From a virus (lineage: Duplodnaviria; Caudoviricetes), in IMG/VR virus record IMGVR_UViG_3300033146_005800, positions 1 through 55,252 of that record: a stretch of DNA of 55,252 nucleotides. One strand, written 5' to 3'. A program made the translations under genes and the position numbers. Below the pieces are notes generated by a model. The model did not search any database, had not been told where the DNA came from, and saw only the letters and a program-made list of their open reading frames with translations. This document shows positions 29,457-40,151 of this stretch, piece by piece. Numbering within the stretch: the first letter of the stretch is position 1; every line of letters starts with the position of its first letter.

Positions 29457-30893
29457 TTATCTACGTGCACCATGAAAAGATGGTGACTGACTTTTCAAAC
29501 AAGTTTTATTTATCATCAACATAAATTTTTTCTGTGCAGGATCTGTTATACCTAGGGCATCAGTAAATGAATTGAACCAATCTCTCATAACATCGGAATC
29601 TGGAGTATTTTCATGTAAAGCACGTAATGGACTCCGAGAATAGGCACTTGGACCACTAGTAGAAGATCTTCTATAACGAGGAGTCCCAGGTAATTGTATA
29701 AGTCCGCTATTTCTGTTTCGATTTGGTGCAATCGGAAAATTATCTAAATCTTTACCAAACCCAACTAAATCATTAGTCATTTTACCAACCAAAGATAACT
29801 GATTAGCTAAAAAAGCTGAATTGGAAATTGCTCCTGGATGTCTATACTCCATTCTTTTCGTAGCACTATCCATACGAAAATTATTTCTACCTTCATCATA
29901 TGAACCAGAAACACCCAAATAATCCTGACTATTGTACCTATCACCATGTCTACCCATCATATCCATTATTAATCCAACACTATTCAAATAAGATGAGGCA
30001 TTGGGTCTATTATTGAAATTCAATTCTGGAATAGTCGTACTAATATGCATACCAGCTGACTTGTCCATAATTCTATCATTTGGATGTATAAGTCCTTCTT
30101 TTTCCCATGCAGCGAATTGCATATCTGCCGCCATTATTAAGTTGGATTGCGGTGTAGCACCCAAAACAACTTCCTGTGGATTTCTGCCTGGTCTACTTTG
30201 TATAGATCCATCGTAGTAGGCTTTATATGAGGTTGAACTACGACCCATATCATAACTCATCATACTAGCAATATCTACTCCGAAATGCTTCTTTACAGGA
30301 TTCCTGGTTAAAGAATTAAAACTAATGTCAATTGCATCCTTCTGAAAACGACCCTCATACTCAATAGAAAAATAATTTGGTGACATTCCAAAATTTGGCA
30401 TAAACACACCTTTTCTGGAACTCAATGGAAGAATGGCACCATGACGTAGAGTTCTTTTTAGATTATCTCTACCCAAAGGTTCACCTTTTAAATTGGTTAT
30501 CACCATATTATCCAGATCCAAACCTTTAGTGAATCTAGATCTATTAATATTAGAAATTTCCCCCCTAAAATCCTGTAATCTGGTAGCATTCAGAGCCGAA
30601 CCTTTACCAAAAGCCCATGATTCTGCTCTAAACTTTTTGAATCCAGGTTCATAAGTCATCATGGTTAACTTATCACCTTCTATACCAGTTATATAAGGAA
30701 CTGAGGATACTTTATCGGGCATTTGGTAATCAAGTCCTGCTTTAGCCTCAAAGAACCTTTTATTGGACAAACGATCAACATTTTTCATATTAGTAGTTGA
30801 GGCAGCATCAAAAGCTGCAGGATTAGACTCAACATGGACACTATGTTTCTCTAATAATGCACTGGTGTACATGGACATCTCATAAGTGTTCAT
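29457..30893 (-). CDS. COOH-NH2 ligase type 2 (amidoligase-like), divergent paralog
   Basis: FSIEYEG, YDGSI...QEVV, SAGMHIS and MEYRHPG motifs. Confidence 0.7.
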   Translation of the reverse strand: MNTYEMSMYTSALLEKHSVHVESNPAAFDAASTTNMKNVDRLSNKRFFEAKAGLDYQMPDKVSSVPYITGIEGDKLTMMTYEPGFKKFRAESWAFGKGSALNATRLQDFRGEISNINRSRFTKGLDLDNMVITNLKGEPLGRDNLKRTLRHGAILPLSSRKGVFMPNFGMSPNYFSIEYEGRFQKDAIDISFNSLTRNPVKKHFGVDIASMMSYDMGRSSTSYKAYYDGSIQSRPGRNPQEVVLGATPQSNLIMAADMQFAAWEKEGLIHPNDRIMDKSAGMHISTTIPELNFNNRPNASSYLNSVGLIMDMMGRHGDRYNSQDYLGVSGSYDEGRNNFRMDSATKRMEYRHPGAISNSAFLANQLSLVGKMTNDLVGFGKDLDNFPIAPNRNRNSGLIQLPGTPRYRRSSTSGPSAYSRSPLRALHENTPDSDVMRDWFNSFTDALGITDPAQKKFMLMINKTCLKSQSPSFHGARR

Positions 30894-30920
30894 AATACTA
30901 AAAAATCCTCTATAATGTAA

Positions 30921-33900
30921 CTAACCCTCAAATCTGCCCCCATCCTGACTACATTTTTGTTGCATTTCCCATAAAAATTGTTGACTTTTCGGATTTTTTA
31001 TTCCAAGAAAGTCATTAACAACCTGTGCAAATGCATTTCTATTTCCCCCAAAATTGCTAGAAGTAGGGGGAATAAGTACACCCGTGTGTGCAAAAGCACC
31101 ACTCCTCATGGCTCCTTGATAAATGTCTCCGGCTAATTTAGAACTAATTGCCATAGATGCCAATACATGATCCCCTCCAGGTATATGCATTGGGGCTCTA
31201 TATTCCATAACCCCAGCCAATTGAAGTTTGTGCATACCAATAGATTTATACTTAGCTAATTTTCCCGGATGGTCATCCATGTGCATGGAAACTGGATAGT
31301 AATGTTTTCCTTTGTTTCTATAAAAATCATATTCATTCATTCCACTATTTCCAGCTGGACGAAATCTGGAAATAGATTGTGACCACATTTGTCTGCCATG
31401 TTCGGTGGCAGGGGATTGTCTGGCTTGTCTATTTAATCTTTCCGGCTGAACAGTAAGATTGTAAGGACTAAAGCCCCCTCCATAAGTATCTACAGGACCA
31501 GTCCAGGCTTTGTATCTCCTGTCCGGAGAAGTCATTCTTTTTACAAGATCTTCATTAAGTCGCATGTAGTCTGTAGTAAATTTAAATCCATCCTTCCGAT
31601 GATTCTCCGGTATAGACCCCATATTTACATGAACACCAGACGGATCCCATCTATTAGGACCTCTATGAACTGCAGGAACGTCACCCATAGCTTTCAATCC
31701 TTCACCCATCAGGTATCCTGCTTTAAAAGCCCTAGTACCAGACATTATTGGACTAATATATTCTAATCCACCCCCATATATAGATGGATCTCTAACGGTC
31801 TCGTAATCACCGTTAAAGCCCATTTTATCAATGTCATAACCGTAATCTCGTCTTATATTGTTATGTAATTGACGCATTGATTCAGTTCTGGAACTTTCGA
31901 TCTCTATACCAAATGTAAAATCCGGATTGGTATAACTAGGCAGAAAAATGGCATCTCGTCCTTTAATCGGAACAATATAACCATTACCCATGGCATCATT
32001 CATCGAAAGATTAGTATTAGTCAATCTCCAATTGTCGGGATTAGGATCCATATCTGGAGTTGGTGTACGATGCAAACTTTCACTTATGTTTCGACGACCA
32101 AAATGAGGTCTATTAAAGGAACTTGGCTGATTTCCAGCTAAACCAGACGCAATATTATAAGCAGCTGTCACAGGATTATCTAACATCCATAATTGTCCAC
32201 CTTCACTGGATGTGCCAATAATAGCTCCACCCAACATTGCCCTTTTCTTCATTTCTGGCGATATATTTGGATCATCTAAAGCCATAACTTTGAAATCAAA
32301 ATTATTCTCAGATAAGTATCCCTTACCTACATTATTATAAAACTTTCTATCTGCATCAGAAGTACGACCAAAACTATTTTGAATTTCTCTAAGTTTATTT
32401 ACCGCATCGAGTGTACCCCTAGTAGCAGCTATATTATCGACAGACATTGAATGTTCACTTCCACCTATTGGGAATCTTTTCTCAATACTTTCAAAATCCC
32501 GCTGAGATAATTCATGAACATTATTGGTATTTACCTCGTCAGCAGGTTGTCCATGAAGAAGTCTCTCATCGTATTCACGTCTGGAAGCTTCATCAAAATC
32601 ATCAAAAGTTATATTATAAGCACCATCTTCTGTAAAAGGAGATGGTGAGGAATCGAAAATGTCTGTCTGTGAATCAGACAAACTTTCAACATTGTCTCTA
32701 CTAATAGGAGTATCAGGATCTAGAGACTCGGCAAAATCGCGAATAGCGTCATCCATAGAAGTTTCTATGAATTGTGAACCCCCCTCTACGTTATTTCTAT
32801 TTATACGATCATTCCAAGTCTCCTCAGCAGTCAGATTACCCATATCTGGCTGATTAGAAGTAGATGAACTAAGTTCACTAGCTTCAGGTCGATTTACTGC
32901 GTCACTAGTACGTATACTTCCTAAACTGGAATGTACTCTCTCATTTGAGATTTCTCCGGTATCTCTATCCATATTATGACTAGTAACATCATAACCATGA
33001 ATACTCGCTAATTGACTAGCCATTGTTCCAGATCGTGTTTCTTCCAAGGAACTCATAACATCTTCATCATTAATAAGAGATGATTGAGGTACACCATATC
33101 TATTATCAAGGTCTATACCTTCTAAACCTATTGTACTGGGATTTAATTGTTGTCTATTAATGTAACTATCATCAAAATCCTGCAAACCCTGATAAAGAGT
33201 ATCGGCAGAATGTTTAGTTCTCATTAACGAATCCATAATGGTTCTGTGCATTTCTGGATCCGCATTAGTGCCGGCGGGACCAAGTGCTTCTATAAGATTA
33301 TTCGCAGAAGGACCCATTCTTCTTCTTAAATTGGAATCTTGCCAACTTTGAGGATTATTCTGTATACCACTAAATTCACCGCCTTGAGGTCGCCCATAAA
33401 GGTCATGTAAACCCATGAATTGGGACATATGTAACATGCTTCTATCTGCAAAATCCGTAGACCTATCCGGAGATTGTGCTAAAAATTGTGAGGCAAATTG
33501 AAAATCAGTTTTATTTCTCAATTTGCCATCGGCAAGGGTATTCAACATTTCAGGATTACCCATTGCCATAACACCCATATAAGAATTAAAAGCATGTAAC
33601 GCCCTAATAGATTTTTTATGGGCCAAATTAGATTGATCAGATCCATATAAGTTATCTTTAGAAGTTACTATATGAAATCTTCCAACAGCGGGATTTTGAA
33701 ACTGCATCGAGGGTACACTGGATCGCATTGAGGCATACGTAGCGGCAGAATTCATATGTCGCTCCGCTTGTGCAAAATTATTAGATGCACGACCTACAGT
33801 CATAGAGGTGATTAAAGCATTGGAAGTCTGATTAAAAGCGACAACACTTATGTCACTTGAATTAACCAAAGGTGATGTAAAATGTTCTAATTCCTGTATA

Positions 33901-33974
33901 AATCCCCTTAGGCTATTAGAACTTTGATGTGCTCCTCTTGCATTTTGATAAAAGTAATCAAAAAATCCTGACAT
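30921..33974 (-). CDS. Large protein with C-terminal COOH-NH2 ligase type 2 (amidoligase) domain
   Basis: FTFGIEIE, RDPSI...GLEYISPI, SGVHVN, KY-x2-I and MEYR; about 650-aa M/N/S/D-rich N-terminal region. Confidence 0.82.
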   Translation of the reverse strand: MSGFFDYFYQNARGAHQSSNSLRGFIQELEHFTSPLVNSSDISVVAFNQTSNALITSMTVGRASNNFAQAERHMNSAATYASMRSSVPSMQFQNPAVGRFHIVTSKDNLYGSDQSNLAHKKSIRALHAFNSYMGVMAMGNPEMLNTLADGKLRNKTDFQFASQFLAQSPDRSTDFADRSMLHMSQFMGLHDLYGRPQGGEFSGIQNNPQSWQDSNLRRRMGPSANNLIEALGPAGTNADPEMHRTIMDSLMRTKHSADTLYQGLQDFDDSYINRQQLNPSTIGLEGIDLDNRYGVPQSSLINDEDVMSSLEETRSGTMASQLASIHGYDVTSHNMDRDTGEISNERVHSSLGSIRTSDAVNRPEASELSSSTSNQPDMGNLTAEETWNDRINRNNVEGGSQFIETSMDDAIRDFAESLDPDTPISRDNVESLSDSQTDIFDSSPSPFTEDGAYNITFDDFDEASRREYDERLLHGQPADEVNTNNVHELSQRDFESIEKRFPIGGSEHSMSVDNIAATRGTLDAVNKLREIQNSFGRTSDADRKFYNNVGKGYLSENNFDFKVMALDDPNISPEMKKRAMLGGAIIGTSSEGGQLWMLDNPVTAAYNIASGLAGNQPSSFNRPHFGRRNISESLHRTPTPDMDPNPDNWRLTNTNLSMNDAMGNGYIVPIKGRDAIFLPSYTNPDFTFGIEIESSRTESMRQLHNNIRRDYGYDIDKMGFNGDYETVRDPSIYGGGLEYISPIMSGTRAFKAGYLMGEGLKAMGDVPAVHRGPNRWDPSGVHVNMGSIPENHRKDGFKFTTDYMRLNEDLVKRMTSPDRRYKAWTGPVDTYGGGFSPYNLTVQPERLNRQARQSPATEHGRQMWSQSISRFRPAGNSGMNEYDFYRNKGKHYYPVSMHMDDHPGKLAKYKSIGMHKLQLAGVMEYRAPMHIPGGDHVLASMAISSKLAGDIYQGAMRSGAFAHTGVLIPPTSSNFGGNRNAFAQVVNDFLGIKNPKSQQFLWEMQQKCSQDGGRFEG

Positions 33975-33986
33975 ATTAGTAAACCA

Positions 33987-34883
33987 TTACTCTTTTTTTG
34001 CAGAAATAAAATCCTTCAATTTCTTAATTAGACGCTTTCTCCTCGAACCTATCTTATCAAAAGCAACGTTCTTATCAATGGAAGAATTGGATATCTTATC
34101 AGACAATATTCTTAGAATCATAATAGAAGACAAAGGAATATTGTCACCAAAAACATCATCACCGAGTTCCAAAGTAGACAAATCTACGTGTTCTGTAAGA
34201 AAAAGATCCAAATCCACACGCATCAAAGCAAAATCATTATGTTTTTCAATAATGGAATCAATAAAATTAATTAATTCGTTATTGCGTGCATCTGCTGTTT
34301 GTTGATTAGGAATTTCTAATGTTGAGTCAATGGATTCAACAGAAATTGTATCCTCTTCCGATTCAACAGTATTCTTTTTATGAAAAGTCTCGTCATATAG
34401 ACTTAGTAAAAAAGACTGCTCTATAGTAACGTTCCAAGAAGCCGGAATTCTAATATCCCAAACCGACATTTTCTTATTACATTGAATACTGAAATTTTTA
34501 ACGCATTGTTTGATTCTTAATTTTATGTTTTCTTTAAATAGTTGCTTTCTAATTTCTTGACGTTCTGACTCGATAGATTTCACGTCAATATCCAAAAGAC
34601 TATCTAAATTTGCACCATTAGGTGTTATCTGATTGTTATTGAATGCAAGTTCCGGAGTTCTATTCAACTTTCGATTTAACCAAATTACCATATCTGAAAC
34701 AGAAGAATTTAAGACAGACTCCTCTAAAACTATTCCCTGTCTTAACAAATTACTTTTAATTTTAACAAAAGTTGCTAGTTCTACCGGACTAATGATGTAA
34801 ATATTAGTCCAATAGTGTTTCAATTTTCTAGCAAGAGACTCTACAGACATACCAGACAGATCTAAAGACTCATCAAGACTCAT
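33987..34883 (-). CDS. Hypothetical protein
   Basis: 298-aa ORF with GAGG RBS. Confidence 0.7.
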   Translation of the reverse strand: MSLDESLDLSGMSVESLARKLKHYWTNIYIISPVELATFVKIKSNLLRQGIVLEESVLNSSVSDMVIWLNRKLNRTPELAFNNNQITPNGANLDSLLDIDVKSIESERQEIRKQLFKENIKLRIKQCVKNFSIQCNKKMSVWDIRIPASWNVTIEQSFLLSLYDETFHKKNTVESEEDTISVESIDSTLEIPNQQTADARNNELINFIDSIIEKHNDFALMRVDLDLFLTEHVDLSTLELGDDVFGDNIPLSSIMILRILSDKISNSSIDKNVAFDKIGSRRKRLIKKLKDFISAKKE

Positions 34884-34905
34884 CGAATTCCCTCATAAAA
34901 TTTTT

Positions 34906-35421
34906 TTACTTGCTAATTAAAAATCTAAAAATGGTTTTGATACTAAGATCTCCTCCTGCCAAGTCCACTTTTAACCCTTTTAAATTAGAAGCAGCTACAT
35001 CCGTATTTTCGGAAAACTGAGAACTCGATTGTAGCTGAGTAGACTTAATTACAGAAAGTGGATCCTGTGCACCACCTCTGTTGTATAAAATCTCACCTTG
35101 AATAAGATAAATGGTGTCCGTTAAAGTTACAGAATTGGTAAAAATGGTCTCAGAAATCAGTGCGTCTTCAGTTTCATAAAAATCCGATTCCACCGAAGAT
35201 GTTTCATACTCATTGTTTGAAGAATCCAAGTACTTAACGGAATAATTTGGATTATTTAAAGTAGTTATGCCTAACAGAATATTATGTATCAGTTCCACAT
35301 TAAAAGACTGTCCTGCATCTACATTACCCGTAGAATTTAACATATCAATTTCTACATCCATATAATCATTATCTTGGGTAAATCTGCTTATCATATCGTA
35401 TTCTAGATTTTGTACGTTCAT
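34906..35421 (-). CDS. Acidic hypothetical protein, possibly a virion component
   Basis: 171-aa ORF with AAGGAGG RBS and beta-rich composition. Confidence 0.65.
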   Translation of the reverse strand: MNVQNLEYDMISRFTQDNDYMDVEIDMLNSTGNVDAGQSFNVELIHNILLGITTLNNPNYSVKYLDSSNNEYETSSVESDFYETEDALISETIFTNSVTLTDTIYLIQGEILYNRGGAQDPLSVIKSTQLQSSSQFSENTDVAASNLKGLKVDLAGGDLSIKTIFRFLISK

Positions 35422-35488
35422 AACAATCCTCCTTGTAACTCAATTAAAATAACAAATCTTATTACAGGTTTTATCATTTGTGCAAAAA

Positions 35489-35680
35489 TCAACAGTTAAG
35501 ATTAGCAACATCTAATTTTTGAACATACTTCGAAATACAAGATTTGCAAACAACAAATTTTCTGTCAAAATCCAACATTACAGTTGTTTTGCATCCACAA
35601 TCATCACATTTTAATGACTTATTTTTAAAACCACCATTCTCCGTACGTTCATTGTAAACCAATCCAATAGAAATACTCAT
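35489..35680 (-). CDS. Small Zn-finger protein
   Basis: CDDC...CKSC; likely start MSISIG after AGAGG. Confidence 0.6.
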   Translation of the reverse strand: MSISIGLVYNERTENGGFKNKSLKCDDCGCKTTVMLDFDRKFVVCKSCISKYVQKLDVANLNC

Positions 35681-35691
35681 TGTAATCCTCT

Positions 35692-36003
35692 CTAATGCAA
35701 AATTTTTATTGGTGAATAATTTGGATTCCATTGATACAAATCTATATCGGGAAAATTTGGTAAATCAATATATGATATGTAATCAATATTTTGTTCTACA
35801 AGTACAGATGCATAGTAAAAATCAGAATCCAAAATTCGTCTAACATTAAGATATTTAGTAATACTAGGAATATCTGGAAACAAAAAAGCTTTAGTTATTC
35901 CTTTGGGATCCAGATCAGACCAAATAAAAGTTCTATCAAGTTCACCCAAAAATATACCACCTATAGCATGACACAGAAGATATTTTAAAACTCTATCCTG
36001 CAT
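35692..36003 (-). CDS. Hypothetical protein
   Basis: 103-aa ORF overlapping the upstream gene end. Confidence 0.6.
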   Translation of the reverse strand: MQDRVLKYLLCHAIGGIFLGELDRTFIWSDLDPKGITKAFLFPDIPSITKYLNVRRILDSDFYYASVLVEQNIDYISYIDLPNFPDIDLYQWNPNYSPIKILH

Positions 36004-36259
36004 TTTCCATTTCGTCCAATCGATCCTCTAATCTAGTACACCAATCCCCAACAAATATAGATCTGGCTGATATAATAGCGAGCATCTCCAATAACCATTG
36101 ATCTCTTTTAGGTATCATTAATTTAGTATCTTTATCAAACTCTCCCTTGTTGAATACATCATCCTCAAAATTCTTTGTTAGCAATTTAATTTCTTGTCTG
36201 GTTAAATCTTGCAAGTCACCTTCCAATACATCCACATACCTCTGTGTAAGTGCTGACAT
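35993..36259 (-). CDS. Hypothetical protein
   Basis: 88-aa ORF with AAGGAGG RBS directly after gyrB. Confidence 0.65.
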   Translation of the reverse strand: MSALTQRYVDVLEGDLQDLTRQEIKLLTKNFEDDVFNKGEFDKDTKLMIPKRDQWLLEMLAIISARSIFVGDWCTRLEDRLDEMENAG

Positions 36260-36270
36260 TGTACCTCCTT

Positions 36271-38649
36271 TTAAAAGTCTATAAAACTGGTTGACAAAGT
36301 GTTACTTTCTATAAAATTTCTACGTAATTCCACATTTGAACCCATCAGCATTCTAAAAGACCGATTTGCCGCATCAACATCTGGTATTTGAACTCTATAC
36401 AAATTACGAACATCAGGATTCATTGTTGTTTTCCACAATTGTTCTGGATTCATTTCACCCAAACCTTTGTATCTTTGAACAGAATATCTGGAATACACAA
36501 TATCACTAATACTGGAGAAAAAATTTCTATGGTCAAAAAACTTATCTGTTCCTGGAATTTGAAATTTTAGTTCATTAGAATTTCTTAAAAGAATCTTCAT
36601 AATTTTGATAGCCGACCGATAGACATTTGATCTGAAAAATTCAATTCCAATATTAATAAATTTTCTCCCAAATTTTACCCTAATAAAGTGTCGATCTTCA
36701 CCCTCTACAATTTTGGACTCCAACTCAATCGAAAAACCCATTTCAAGCATATGCTTTGTAAAATCCTTTAAGATGACTGGATTCAAAATCTTCTTTGAAT
36801 TTAAATCATTTTTGATGTAACCAAGAATAGCCGAGAATACAACCTCTGGAATTCCCATATTCACAACTCTAGAAGTATGTAAATTCAAATCTCGAACATT
36901 AATCATTAAAGACTGCAATTTCTTGTTTTTATAAATTTTACCGTTTAAATTAGAAATAGCGATATCAACACCAGATTCAGCTATCAAAAATGATTCCAAA
37001 TCCATTTCATTGGAAATAAATTTTTCGAATCCCCGTTTGTATATTCTATATAGTGGTGGTTCGGAAATATACAAGTGTCCATTTTCTATAATTTCTCTAA
37101 ATTGTCTGAAGAAAAAGGTTAGAAGTAAAGTTCTAATATGAGCACCATCTACATCAGCATCTGTCATGATAATTATTTTGGCGTATCTCAACTTTTTAAT
37201 ATCTATGTCTTCACCGAAACCTATCCCTAAACTAGCAATTAAACTTCGTAATTCCGTATTCTTTAAAATCTTATGTGCTTCAGCCTTCTCAATATTTAAA
37301 ACCTTGCCTCTAAGAGGAAGTATTGCCTGAATATTTGAATCTCTACCCTGCTTTGCAGATCCACCTGCACTATCACCCTCTACTATAAATAATTCTCTTT
37401 TCTTAACATTCCTACTTCTACAATCCGCCAACTTACTAGAAAGCAAAAAACCAGATAAACCCGATTTTTTTCTGAGCATATCTTTTGCTTTGCGCGCCGC
37501 CTCACGTTCTTTAGCAGACTGTATCAATCTTTCAATAATACTTTTGGAATTTTTAAAATTTTCATTTAAATACATGGACAATACTGAACTAACGAAAGAT
37601 TGAACTTCTCCTGCCACCTCATTATTCCCTAATTTAGTTTTAGTTTGTCCCTCGAATTGTGGTTCTGGAACTCCAACATTAATTACAGCGGATAAACCAA
37701 GTAAAATGTCTTCACCTGTAACCTTATATTGCTTGTATTTCTTTGGCAGATTTGGGCTACTTTGTATAAAACTATTGAAACTCCTAGTTAAAGCAGTTTT
37801 AATTCCAGTAGTATGAGTTCCACCCTCTATGGTCTTTATGTTATTGCAAAAAGATAATAGTATGGATTTAGAAGTCACATGATATTGAAAGACAAATTCT
37901 ACATAAACTCCAGATTCCAAAGATTTAGAACCATAAATCAAAGGATGAACCACCTTTTTTCCAGAATTGACCTTCTTAATCAAAGATTGAATACCTCCAT
38001 CAAATTTAAATTCTTTGACTTTATTAGTACGTTCATCTATTAATTGTATAGTAAGTCCACCATTGAGATATGCTAATTCCTCTAATCTCTCTGACAAAAT
38101 ATTAAAATCTATTACATAAGTTCCAAAAATATCCTCATCTGGCCGAAAGGAAACAGTTGTTCCAGTTTCATTAGTCTTTCCACCCTTTTTTACATCTGAG
38201 ATTGGATCACCTTTTTCGTACTGTTGTTTATATAAATTTCCATCTCTTCTAACAATAACATTCAATTGTTCGGATAATGCATTAACGACCGAAATTCCGA
38301 CCCCATGAAGACCTCCAGAAATTTTATAACTATTGTGATCAAACTTGCCCCCAGCATGTAATTTTGTCAACACAACTTGTAAAGACGAAATATTTTGAGT
38401 AGGATGTTTGTCTATAGGAATTCCACGCCCATTATCCGAAACACTAACACTATTGTCAATATGGATTGTCACCTTTATAAGATCACAATAACCTGCCATG
38501 GTTTCATCAATACTATTGTCAACAACCTCATAAACTAAATGATGTATGCCTCTATAATCCGTGCTACCAATATACATGGCCGGACGTTTTCTAACCGCAT
38601 CAAGTCCTTCTAAAACTATTATGTTGTTTCCGTCGTATGTGGGCTCCAT
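36271..38649 (-). CDS. gyrB: DNA gyrase subunit B
   Basis: AVRKRP-x-MYIG, EVVDNS-x-DE, LHAGGKF, GGLHGVG, VEGDSAGG, PLRGK, MTDADVDG, QRYKGLGEMN; long insertion after the TOPRIM region. Confidence 0.97.
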   Translation of the reverse strand: MEPTYDGNNIIVLEGLDAVRKRPAMYIGSTDYRGIHHLVYEVVDNSIDETMAGYCDLIKVTIHIDNSVSVSDNGRGIPIDKHPTQNISSLQVVLTKLHAGGKFDHNSYKISGGLHGVGISVVNALSEQLNVIVRRDGNLYKQQYEKGDPISDVKKGGKTNETGTTVSFRPDEDIFGTYVIDFNILSERLEELAYLNGGLTIQLIDERTNKVKEFKFDGGIQSLIKKVNSGKKVVHPLIYGSKSLESGVYVEFVFQYHVTSKSILLSFCNNIKTIEGGTHTTGIKTALTRSFNSFIQSSPNLPKKYKQYKVTGEDILLGLSAVINVGVPEPQFEGQTKTKLGNNEVAGEVQSFVSSVLSMYLNENFKNSKSIIERLIQSAKEREAARKAKDMLRKKSGLSGFLLSSKLADCRSRNVKKRELFIVEGDSAGGSAKQGRDSNIQAILPLRGKVLNIEKAEAHKILKNTELRSLIASLGIGFGEDIDIKKLRYAKIIIMTDADVDGAHIRTLLLTFFFRQFREIIENGHLYISEPPLYRIYKRGFEKFISNEMDLESFLIAESGVDIAISNLNGKIYKNKKLQSLMINVRDLNLHTSRVVNMGIPEVVFSAILGYIKNDLNSKKILNPVILKDFTKHMLEMGFSIELESKIVEGEDRHFIRVKFGRKFINIGIEFFRSNVYRSAIKIMKILLRNSNELKFQIPGTDKFFDHRNFFSSISDIVYSRYSVQRYKGLGEMNPEQLWKTTMNPDVRNLYRVQIPDVDAANRSFRMLMGSNVELRRNFIESNTLSTSFIDF

Positions 38650-38795
38650 TGATCTCCTTCTATTTTTCTAACATTCGCTTCCCAACATTCTTTACACAAA
38701 TAAGGATAATCACCATTTAATATTGGATGGAAAAAAATTCTGGTTCTTGTCCTTTTCTTACACAAATCACATTTATCTGCATACTCTAATTTCAT
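38619..38795 (-). CDS. Small Zn-finger protein (58 aa, below the ORF-track cutoff)
   Basis: Hand translation MKLEYADKCDLCKK...YLCKECWE...; two CxxC; overlaps the gyrB start. Confidence 0.55.
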   Translation of the reverse strand: MKLEYADKCDLCKKRTRTRIFFHPILNGDYPYLCKECWEANVRKIEGDQWSPHTTETT

Positions 38796-38917
38796 ATTGG
38801 CAATTACTCTTAGTATTTAATTAATTTCTTATGATTACATTCCATGTATGTTTTATTAGTAAAGTTAACATTTACTAAATTAAAGTAACTTAAATTTTTA
38901 ATTCTAGGAGATATACT

Positions 38918-39790
38918 TTGGATAATATAATAGTAGATTGTCATTATGTTTGTTGGTCAAGTTCATTTGCTTTGCCAGATATGACAGCAGAAGATCAACA
39001 AGTTGGGGTTATATATGGGTTTTTAAGGCAAATACTGTCTGTAGCAAAGAAATTAGAAACTAATAAATTTTATTTCTGTTGGGATTCCAAAAAATCACAC
39101 AGAAAACTAATTTTTCCTGATTACAAAAAGAAACGTGCTGCAAAGAAAAAAGAATTATCACCAGAAGATCTGAACAGAATAATGGCTACTCATCAACAAA
39201 TGAATGAATTAAGAACATCAGTACTTTCACGAATTGGATTTAATAATTCGTTCATGCGAACCGGGTACGAAGCAGATGATCTAATGTACCATTTAGCAAG
39301 AGGGCTTCCAGGGGATAAGGCTATAGTTACATCCGATGAAGATCTGTATCAAGTAATAGACGATCACACCAAAATATATACAATAAAATCTGGAAAACTA
39401 TTTGGAAAGAAAGAATTAGCAAAAAAGTACAATGGTGTAACTCCTGAGGAATGGGTTAAGGTCAAAGCACTTGGTGGATGTAGTAGCGATGAAGTTCCAG
39501 GAATACCAGGAGTTGGTGCCACAAAAGCTATAAAGTATCTTCATGGTGACATGAAACCAAATGGAATTGTATTTCAAAGAATAGAATCCGAAGAAGGAAA
39601 AGAGATATATAAACGAAATTTGGAATTGGTAAAACTACCCCTACATGAAAACAAATTTAATACCTGCGATCAAATAACACAGGATAAAATATCTGTGCAG
39701 TCATTAGTAGACACTTTCGATCATTACAAATTTGCATCGTTTTTAAGGGGCAATAATTTTAGCGATTGGAAACGGATTTTTATTCCCTAA
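38918..39790 (+). CDS. 5'-3' exonuclease / flap endonuclease (T4 RNase H-like)
   Basis: IIVD, CWD...R-x5-YK-x2-R, GYEADD, TSDEDL-x-Q, GCSSDEVPGIPGVG-x2-KA. Confidence 0.93.
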   Translation: MDNIIVDCHYVCWSSSFALPDMTAEDQQVGVIYGFLRQILSVAKKLETNKFYFCWDSKKSHRKLIFPDYKKKRAAKKKELSPEDLNRIMATHQQMNELRTSVLSRIGFNNSFMRTGYEADDLMYHLARGLPGDKAIVTSDEDLYQVIDDHTKIYTIKSGKLFGKKELAKKYNGVTPEEWVKVKALGGCSSDEVPGIPGVGATKAIKYLHGDMKPNGIVFQRIESEEGKEIYKRNLELVKLPLHENKFNTCDQITQDKISVQSLVDTFDHYKFASFLRGNNFSDWKRIFIP

Positions 39791-39817
39791 AACCTTATAG
39801 AAAATGGAGGATAAAAA

Positions 39818-40147
39818 ATGAAATCTGGAAAATTAAAAGAACTTATGCAAAATAATAACATCGAAAAAATATCCGTTACAATTGTTAGAATGAATCAATT
39901 AATAAAAATGACTGCTGTGAGTCTAGAATTTGTGACCAGAACCAGAAAAGACTTCATACTATCCATAACTCAAAATCCAAAACCAAGAGAGAACAAAACC
40001 AAAGCCATGTATTCATATCTACTATCTTTTGGAGATAATCACACGATTTATATACATGACCTTGATAAAGATGCGGTCTATGAAATAACAGGGGACTACA
40101 CAATCAATAACAAAGAATTAGAGCTAAATGCTGAGAGGATTAACTAG
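39818..40147 (+). CDS. Hypothetical protein
   Basis: 109-aa ORF with GGAGG RBS. Confidence 0.65.
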   Translation: MKSGKLKELMQNNNIEKISVTIVRMNQLIKMTAVSLEFVTRTRKDFILSITQNPKPRENKTKAMYSYLLSFGDNHTIYIHDLDKDAVYEITGDYTINNKELELNAERIN

Positions 40148-40151
40148 CAAA

